DNA of 32,000 nucleotides, from contig JAAZVW010000006.1 in the NCBI GenBank assembly GCA_018623135.1, positions 21,838 through 53,837 of the forward strand. The letters are read 5' to 3'. Of the stretch, positions 26,237 through 32,000 are shown piece after piece. Within the stretch, counting starts at the first letter, position 1. Each line of letters starts with the position of its first letter. Under the pieces are notes generated by a model. The model saw only the letters and a list, made by a program, of their open reading frames with translations, had not been told where the DNA came from and did no database searches. The position numbers and the translations under genes were made by a program. This stretch comes from Pseudomonadota bacterium (GTDB lineage Bacteria; Pseudomonadota; Alphaproteobacteria; UBA1280; JAAZVW01).

Positions 26237-26709
26237 TTGTTAAAGAACCTTTTCCACATGCTTTTTTTGCTCGTTCGTTCTGCTTTAGCGGTGCGTGACG
26301 TGCTTTTAGAGGAGATATATCCATAGCCTGTTTGCCCTTTAATAACAAATAGCAAATCTGTAAAACCAAGGCCACCTAGTAAAATAAATTGTGTTATCCA
26401 AAAGGGTTTAGGGTTGATCGCAAGGTCTTGCAAATTAAAATAAACAGACCCTGTAACCATGCCGGCGATACCAAATAAAATAATACGTTGCATGGCAAAG
26501 CGCAAAGCATCATAAGAATGAGGTTTATGCCTGCCTTTTTCTATGCCCCAAATAAGCGGGCAAACCATAGAGGCAATAAAAACCCCAACGAAGGGAATAA
26601 TGGTTGTGCAAAACAATATAAAATGGAGCAACACAAAATAAAAGCGCGAGAGTTTACTGGCACCTTTTAGGCTTAATTTATGTGGGAAAGATAAGAGCAA
26701 AATTCTCAT
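26233..26709 (-). CDS. Hypothetical polytopic membrane protein, translationally coupled to the downstream EAL sensor gene
   Basis: 158 aa with about 4 hydrophobic helices and a basic C-terminal tail. Its TGA overlaps the ATG of 24197..26236 (ATGA at 26233..26236). The exact start is uncertain because no clear RBS precedes 26709. Confidence 0.55.
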   Translation of the reverse strand: MRILLLSFPHKLSLKGASKLSRFYFVLLHFILFCTTIIPFVGVFIASMVCPLIWGIEKGRHKPHSYDALRFAMQRIILFGIAGMVTGSVYFNLQDLAINPKPFWITQFILLGGLGFTDLLFVIKGQTGYGYISSKSTSRTAKAERTSKKSMWKRFFNK

Positions 26710-26836
26710 AAAATACCTATTTGATTACGCTAGATGTTGCTTTTTATTTAATATACTTCTTAGTTTAGGGTAAAGCAGGGCTTTAGGTCAAATATTTCAG
26801 CCGTATTTAGCGTTATTTAAAGCCGTAAAAGGGGCT

Positions 26837-27130
26837 TTATTCTGGCTGTTCGTGCTTTTTCTGCCACTCTTGCGTTGTATATAAGCTCATACTTAAGGCG
26901 TGTAAGCCACCACCAGGTTTAAGCTCATCAGCAAGTAACTGATGTATTTTACGTTGGCGTTGTATTGTTTTTAACCCTTCAAAAGCGCTGCTTACTAAAA
27001 TAAGCGTCAGATGGCTCCCACCATTTTTAAGGGCTTCAGGGTGGTTTTTGTGGCTTTCTGATTTGTCATAAAGCTTGGTGAAATCTGGTTTAAAAGCTTG
27101 AACAAGTTTATTTTCAATTTGCTGTTGCAT
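26837..27130 (-). CDS. bolA: BolA-family protein
   Basis: IENKLVQAFKPDFTKLYDKSESH...GGSHLTLILVSSAFEGLKTIQRQRKIHQLLADEL...LHALSMSLYTTQEW matches the BolA family over its whole length. Confidence 0.9.
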   Translation of the reverse strand: MQQQIENKLVQAFKPDFTKLYDKSESHKNHPEALKNGGSHLTLILVSSAFEGLKTIQRQRKIHQLLADELKPGGGLHALSMSLYTTQEWQKKHEQPE

Positions 27131-27290
27131 CTGTTTTGTGTGATCCTTTACGTACTGGTAACACTGTCAATTAACAAACAGGTTTAACTTAATTATGTAT
27201 TTATTATTATCAGAAATCATTTCATGGCGCGATGTTTTACGCACATTTTTAGAAACATTGCTTAAATATATGTAAATATTTAGTGCCTAC

Positions 27291-27324
27291 AAAAATTAAG
27301 AAGCCCTAGCATCCGCTAGGGCTT
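27291..27324 (-). terminator. Probable rho-independent terminator of rpmG
   Basis: The minus strand reads AAGCCCTAGC-ggat-GCTAGGGCTT followed by CTTAATTTTT, 16 nt after the stop. Confidence 0.6.
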
Positions 27325-27340
27325 CAAAAGTTTGAGCTAA

Positions 27341-27511
27341 CTACTTAAGTTTTGTCTCTTTATAAACAACGTGTTTACGAATAGTTGGGTCGTATTTACG
27401 AAGTTCTAATTTCTCAGTAGATGTTTTAGGGTTTTTCTTAGTAGTATAATAATGCCCTGTACCTGCTGAAGAAACTAACTTAATGTATTGGCTATTAGTA
27501 CGTTTTGCCAT
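27341..27511 (-). CDS. rpmG: 50S ribosomal protein L33 (Cys-less form)
   Basis: [56 protein letters not shown] is canonical L33. The real start is ATG 27511 with RBS TAAGGA, not the longer track ORF start at 27541. Confidence 0.93.
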   Translation of the reverse strand: MAKRTNSQYIKLVSSAGTGHYYTTKKNPKTSTEKLELRKYDPTIRKHVVYKETKLK

Positions 27512-27833
27512 TTTAAGTATCCTTAATTTCGTTAGCGTCATCCTTTAAGCTCAGGGGTAATTTGGCAAAAAAACCTATAAATGTCAAAGCTTTTTTCATA
27601 TTTTGTGCACAAATTTACATGATGTTCATATGGCGGTTGTCATATGTCTTGTTTTGTTTGTTCATCATACCTAATCATTGTGATTCATTTTTTTTAAACA
27701 GCTAAAACCTTATAAAACCTTACCTTAGTAGCCATATATAGTTATGTATGCGTATTTTTTTTATGTTTGTGAATATTAGTACGTATAAAAAAATGCGTTA
27801 GACTTTAAGAATAAAAGTTAAAGGAAGAATAAC

Positions 27834-28502
27834 GTGGCTCAAACACATCGTTTTAATCAGCAGCTAGAAGAGTTTTTAAGGGATCCAGCAAACGATATCC
27901 ATGATCGTATTGCCCAACCATTGGTTCTTTTAAAGCAGAATTTTTCTGTACTGACTGATTTGCTAGATGCAAATAACCAAATAGAGCCAGAGGTGCTAGA
28001 GCAGCTTAAACATTGCCAAGATTGCCTTAACCAATCCATTAAACAATCCCGCTTACTCATAGAAAAATACAGTAATCAGGATGAAATAGAAGAAGGTATT
28101 TTGTCAATAAGACCCATAGATATGAGCGATTTGCAAGAATATGCCTCTCACATCTTAAAAATAGAACTGAATATGTCGGGGCAAGGCTTACTCTCTAGCT
28201 TACCTCTTATGTGGCAAAGCCTCATTTATACATGGGTGCAAGAACTGATTACCAATGCTGCCAAACATAGTAAAGTCCAAAAGGTGGACATGGTAGTCGA
28301 AGAAAAAGACCAAAATTACATCATCATGGTCGCAGATCAAGGCATAGGCTTTAATCAAGAGGGGTTCAGTCAAAATAACAGGCAACACGGGCTCCAATAT
28401 ATGTTGCGTATGATTAAAAGATTTGGCGGTAACTGTGACATTCATAGTGAAACAGGAAAAGGTACAGTAGCGCGTATTACAGTGCCAATAAAAGCAAGTT
28501 AA
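27834..28502 (+). CDS. Cytoplasmic HisKA_3-type histidine kinase without an input domain
   Basis: GTG start with RBS AAAGGAAG, and an in-frame TAA 15 nt upstream. The H-box DIHDRIAQPL lies at about aa 20-29. N-box ELITNAAKHS, G1 ADQGIGF and G2 HGLQYMLRMIKRFGG are present. There are no TM helices. Confidence 0.8.
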   Translation: MAQTHRFNQQLEEFLRDPANDIHDRIAQPLVLLKQNFSVLTDLLDANNQIEPEVLEQLKHCQDCLNQSIKQSRLLIEKYSNQDEIEEGILSIRPIDMSDLQEYASHILKIELNMSGQGLLSSLPLMWQSLIYTWVQELITNAAKHSKVQKVDMVVEEKDQNYIIMVADQGIGFNQEGFSQNNRQHGLQYMLRMIKRFGGNCDIHSETGKGTVARITVPIKAS

Positions 28503-28513
28503 GGAGAAAATTA

Positions 28514-29131
28514 ATGATAACAAAAATTATGATTGTTGATGATCATCAGCTAGTAAGAGAAGGTATTAAACACCTTATAGATCAAGATCGTTTTGAAGTT
28601 GTTGGAGAGGCGTCTTCTGCGCAAGATGCGGTACATATGGCCGAGCGTATCCGCCCAGACGTTGTGTTGCTAGATGTGAATATGCCAGGCGGTAGCGGTG
28701 TAGATGCGGCACGCCGTATGATGTTTACAAATCCTAATTTACGTATTGTCCTTATTTCTATGATGCCGATGAAACCAGAAACTCTGCGCTCCTTAAAATC
28801 ATTTGTAAAGGGTTACCTTTCTAAATCGTCAAGCGCCTCAGATTTAAATGATATGCTTATACGTGTCGCGGCAGGAGAATCTATCTTCCCTGAATTTGAT
28901 GATGGAGATATGGCATTATTAGATAGTTTAACCCCGCGTGAGCAAGATATTTTAAAAGAGCTTGTTCAAGGGCATTCTAATAAAGTTATTGCTAATAATT
29001 TAGATGTGGCAGAAGGTACTATTAAAGTTCACATTAAAACAATTCTTAAAAAGCTTCACGTACGCAATCGTACGCAAGCGGCACTCTATGCTTATGAACA
29101 GGGGTTTGGCGCTTTAGATATGCACGCTTAA
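28514..29131 (+). CDS. NarL/FixJ-family response regulator (REC + LuxR-type HTH)
   Basis: IMIVDDHQLVREG, the phospho-acceptor context DVVLLDVNMPGGSG, and KGYLSK are present. The C-terminal region is LTPREQDILKELVQGHSNKVIANNLDVAEGTIKVHIKTILKKLHVRNRTQA. Confidence 0.92.
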   Translation: MITKIMIVDDHQLVREGIKHLIDQDRFEVVGEASSAQDAVHMAERIRPDVVLLDVNMPGGSGVDAARRMMFTNPNLRIVLISMMPMKPETLRSLKSFVKGYLSKSSSASDLNDMLIRVAAGESIFPEFDDGDMALLDSLTPREQDILKELVQGHSNKVIANNLDVAEGTIKVHIKTILKKLHVRNRTQAALYAYEQGFGALDMHA

Positions 29132-29162
29132 ATAACATGTAAAACTTAATTTGCTTACTCAT

Positions 29163-29191
29163 AAAAAAGAGAGCCTGTTGGCTCTCTTTTT
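29163..29191. terminator. Bidirectional rho-independent terminator (response regulator / ORF 29190..31235)
   Basis: AAAAAA-GAGAGCC-tgtt-GGCTCTC-TTTTT. Confidence 0.8.
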
Positions 29192-31235
29192 ACTTCTTAA
29201 GTAGAATCAGGCTAATAAATAATCCACCAGCCGCAAGTATGCCAACAGATTTGAGCGCCGTCATATAATCTTGCGAGAAGACAACCATTGCAAACACAAT
29301 AAAGGCAAGTGGCACAACAGCCAAGTAAAGCCACCAGTACTCTTTAAAATGGTCTTGTAAGTTTAGCATTTCTAAAGATGAAGAGCCTTCTTCTTCCGCT
29401 TTATGCCTTAAGTATTTTTGGTAAGCAGAATCAATACGCGCTTTCATGCCTTGTAAGTCATCTTCTAATACCATAGCAATACCATCAAATAAGTCCTGAA
29501 TTTCATCTAAATTATCAAAACCACCATTTCGAGCTGTGCGTAGTACAAGGTCAGAAGGTAAAATTTCAGGCTCAGTTAAACCGTTCCAAAGCTGGTAATA
29601 AGGCTTAAATATATTAGAAGAGGGGCTCCGTGTATTGATAGAAGAAGCCTTGCCCGTCGCCTGTTCAATAAGTTTAGAATAATCAAACTTAATAATGAAA
29701 GGTTGAGAAGGTTCCCATTTAGGGGTTTCAGTGAGCTCTTTTTCGGCCTGTTGCAGTTCTGCTAAAGCGTCTTCGTACTTAGAAAGCAGATTGGATTCTT
29801 TAAGTACAATGGCATCAGGTATGGCATCTTCTCTATGTAAGTCAGCCACAGGCGTTACTTTACGCGCCCAAATATTCCAATAAATTTCTTCTGAGAGACC
29901 ATTGTCTTTTAAACTTTGTACTGTTGGACCTTCTTGGTACATGCGTCTTCCGTTTAAGCTGATATTAGAAAGAACAGTATCAAAATGAGGTAAAGAAGCA
30001 GCATTTAAAAAGTTTTGTAAATAGCGGCTGCGTACAGTCCAAAAATACTTACCAGCGTTAATAGTTCTACCTTCTGAGGTGAAGTTTTCTTGCAATACAT
30101 TTACGCAGTTGCTGTACTGAATAAAGGCGTACTGTAAATCTTCTTCAAGTTTTGCAAAAACTTCAAAATCTTTTTTACCATCAATAACATGGTCTAAAAT
30201 TAAAGGCCTAAATAAAGCAATATAAAGTAAAGCACCACCAATGTTATTGTAAGCAAATTCAATAACGGTTTGACGTTCGTAAGATGTCCACTCTGTTGCA
30301 GGTACTTTTGTTAAAAAGAGTAAGCTCTTAAAATGGTAGGCATTATGAGCATTATAACCATCTTTACCCATAAGGCTTTCTGGGCTTAATAGGTAAAATT
30401 CACGCATTTTAGGGAGAACTTTTTCAGTGCTATAATGCGCTTCCGACATAATAAAATTGTATCTATATTTATGTAATCGACCTTCATCAATGCCATCACC
30501 AAGTAAACAAGCTTTTTTACCTTCTTCTCGTGCTTCAGAAAGATGCTGTGTCATGCCAGAACGCGACATAAAGTAAGCCGTTTGCGATGTAATAAAGCTT
30601 ACAGCACGGTTATTTGGCGCATCTTTTTTCAAACGATGTAAAATATTAAGGGCATCACCCATACGGTTTGCGCCTATAAAAGCATGTGCTTTATCTAGTT
30701 TTTGTACAATAGCCGCCGAACTAGACATAATGCTCATATTATTTTTTAAATAGCGCATTTCTTCGTCAATAAGTGCGTATAGTTCAGCTAAGTGTGGCGC
30801 CATACGAGAAAGCTTTACCGCATCTAAGTGTGGGTTGTTTTTAATATTGATTTCTGTCGATATTTCTAACGTACGAATAAAACTATCAATTTCAATAGCC
30901 GATGACGATGCAGGTTTTTGTTCCGCCAAGCTTTCTAATTTTTCAATCTCTTGTTCCGATAAGCCTTCTTTTTTAGCGTTATCCAGCATTTGTTTTTTCT
31001 GTTGCTGGCGTGTAGCCTCTTCCGATTCTTGTTCACTGCGTGCACGTGGTGTAAAACGTTCAATATCAGCATCAATAACGCTTAAAAGTTGAGCTATTTT
31101 GTGTTGGTGGGTTTTAGAAAGCGTATACGTCGGAAACGGAGGCCCCAAATTAATCTGAGGCTTCATCGCAGCACTTTTACTTTCTTGAGAAAGCTCACTT
31201 TTAATAACGTTAAGTGTCTGAATAAATTTTTTCAT
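29190..31235 (-). CDS. Large hypothetical protein (681 aa): no signal peptide, coiled-coil/helical regions, two C-terminal TM helices
   Basis: A long uninterrupted ORF lying 9 nt downstream of the DsbA-like gene. The C-terminus is YWWLYLAVVPLAFIVFAMVVF...VGILAAGGLFISLILLKK. An acidic coiled-coil segment (SEQESEEATRQQQKKQMLDNAKKEGLSEQEIEKLESLAEQK) lies near the N-terminus. No catalytic or nucleotide-binding motif was recognised. Confidence 0.7.
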   Translation of the reverse strand: MKKFIQTLNVIKSELSQESKSAAMKPQINLGPPFPTYTLSKTHQHKIAQLLSVIDADIERFTPRARSEQESEEATRQQQKKQMLDNAKKEGLSEQEIEKLESLAEQKPASSSAIEIDSFIRTLEISTEINIKNNPHLDAVKLSRMAPHLAELYALIDEEMRYLKNNMSIMSSSAAIVQKLDKAHAFIGANRMGDALNILHRLKKDAPNNRAVSFITSQTAYFMSRSGMTQHLSEAREEGKKACLLGDGIDEGRLHKYRYNFIMSEAHYSTEKVLPKMREFYLLSPESLMGKDGYNAHNAYHFKSLLFLTKVPATEWTSYERQTVIEFAYNNIGGALLYIALFRPLILDHVIDGKKDFEVFAKLEEDLQYAFIQYSNCVNVLQENFTSEGRTINAGKYFWTVRSRYLQNFLNAASLPHFDTVLSNISLNGRRMYQEGPTVQSLKDNGLSEEIYWNIWARKVTPVADLHREDAIPDAIVLKESNLLSKYEDALAELQQAEKELTETPKWEPSQPFIIKFDYSKLIEQATGKASSINTRSPSSNIFKPYYQLWNGLTEPEILPSDLVLRTARNGGFDNLDEIQDLFDGIAMVLEDDLQGMKARIDSAYQKYLRHKAEEEGSSSLEMLNLQDHFKEYWWLYLAVVPLAFIVFAMVVFSQDYMTALKSVGILAAGGLFISLILLKK

Positions 31236-31244
31236 GGCTCTTTT

Positions 31245-32000
31245 TTATAGTCCCTTAATTGCACTCGAATTTGATGCATTTAGGTTAAATTCAAAATCAA
31301 TAAAATCTTCAATATCGTTAAAGCTAATACCACCACCAATAAGCACACCATTTACAAAAATAGCAGGGCGAATACTTAGGTTAAGTTGCTTAGCTTCGTA
31401 TTGTTCATTGTCTAAGTTTTTGTACAGCTCTCGTGCTAGTGGGCGTAGTTGGTACTGAAATAAACGCTCAGAAACACCTAAGTTTAGTAATGTTTGGCGT
31501 AAATTTTCTTCCGATGTATCACTTGTTTGCATTAGTTTTTCAAAATAATCCCAGTAAACACCCTCTTTATGTGCAATGCGACCGTAAAAGCTTGCAATAT
31601 TATTTGTGCTGTAAGGGTCTTCCGCCATATATTTATGCACAAGTTTTATAGGTTGTTTATTTGCTTTATATTTTTTGTAGATATCGTAAATTTTTTGTTG
31701 ATTTTTACGGCAAGAAGAGCAGCCCAAATCTGTATAATAAACTAAAGTTACATCTGCATTTTCATCACCAATACTTGGTGTTGTTTCAGCAAGAGGTAGA
31801 GATTGTCTAGATTGCGTAGCAGCAAAAGTTTTTTTCTTCTTTAAGCTAGGGGCTTTAATGGTTTCGATTTTTTCTTCTAGTTCATCATCTTTAGTTTTAA
31901 GAGGTAATCCCAGTAAGCTAGGTACTTTGGCAGCTACACCTTTTTTACTTACATTAAGTGTTGGTGCAACGCCTTTAGGTGCGCTTTCTAGCTCAAATTC
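31245..32000 (-). CDS. DsbA-family thioredoxin-fold protein with a CSSC active site (5' end lies beyond the window)
   Basis: I translated the minus frame upstream of the track's TTG at 31727. It stays open to nt 32000 (...KKKTFAATQSRQSLPLAETTPSIGDENADVTLVYYTDLGCSSCRK...). G-x-x-x-A-x-V-T-L-V-x-Y-x-D-x-x-C-x-x-C plus the cis-Pro loop LSIRPAIFVNGVLIGG are DsbA-like. Confidence 0.7.
   Translation of the reverse strand, partial: EFELESAPKGVAPTLNVSKKGVAAKVPSLLGLPLKTKDDELEEKIETIKAPSLKKKKTFAATQSRQSLPLAETTPSIGDENADVTLVYYTDLGCSSCRKNQQKIYDIYKKYKANKQPIKLVHKYMAEDPYSTNNIASFYGRIAHKEGVYWDYFEKLMQTSDTSEENLRQTLLNLGVSERLFQYQLRPLARELYKNLDNEQYEAKQLNLSIRPAIFVNGVLIGGGISFNDIEDFIDFEFNLNASNSSAIKGL

Noticed and set aside
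27341-27541. The 66-aa version of rpmG starting at 27541
   Set aside because: Canonical L33 begins MAKRTNS... at 27511 and has a TAAGGA RBS. The extra 10 codons are upstream leader sequence.
27627-27646. CATATG-N8-CATATG in the rpmG / histidine-kinase intergenic region
   Set aside because: A 6-bp AT-rich palindrome is expected to recur by chance in a 290-bp AT-rich spacer. There is no extended symmetry beyond a shared T.
31245-31727. The 160-aa ORF with a TTG start at 31727
   Set aside because: My manual translation shows the frame stays open upstream to nt 32000. The DsbA-type strand preceding the CxxC (ADVTLVYYTDLG) lies upstream of that TTG, so the gene is truncated by the window edge, not by a start at 31727.
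1-32000. Search for tRNA, rRNA, SRP RNA, CRISPR repeats, transposase or integrase genes, inverted terminal repeats and known defence-system genes
   Set aside because: No intergenic region has tRNA-like or GC-rich structured sequence beyond the terminator hairpins. I saw no regularly spaced repeats and no recombinase, nuclease or ATPase-type ORFs. I therefore make no mobile-element or defence-island claim.

Overview
No tools or database searches were used. All product calls rest on motifs recognised by eye in the supplied ORF translations, and all coordinates of small elements were counted by hand.

The window is an AT-rich, densely coded bacterial chromosome segment with about 40 real genes. 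Nearly every transcription unit ends in a clear rho-independent hairpin.

Several features point to an alphaproteobacterium. The F0 ATP-synthase operon (atpI-like, atpB, atpE, one b/b'-type gene) stands alone without F1 genes. A DUF721/DciA-like gene sits divergent from mutY. A FliX-like gene follows fliR. L31 and L33 both lack cysteines.

The housekeeping backbone is: fliR (partial), ffh, ftsY, rpsP-rimM-trmD-rplS, a LON-N-domain gene, slt, rnhB, mutY, dsbA, atpIBEF, rpmE, bolA and rpmG.

I found no tRNA, rRNA, CRISPR array, transposase, integrase or recognisable phage or defence gene.

Lineage-specific material is interspersed among these conserved blocks. The best candidates for something undescribed are:
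1. A 7.3-kb c-di-GMP island (19447..26709). It has one intact GGEEF cyclase, two Cache-like membrane sensors whose EAL domains look catalytically degenerate, and three unknown genes.
2. A tightly coupled operon placed divergent to ffh: TPR-membrane protein, YidD-like protein, GspI-like pseudopilin, ftsY.
3. A tandem pair of divergent paralogous all-helical ORFans (5567..7086), sitting where the usual ffh-rpsP linkage is broken.
4. A DsbA-like (CSSC) gene coupled to a 681-aa tail-anchored protein with no recognisable domain (29190..32000), next to an input-less HisKA_3 kinase and NarL-type regulator pair.
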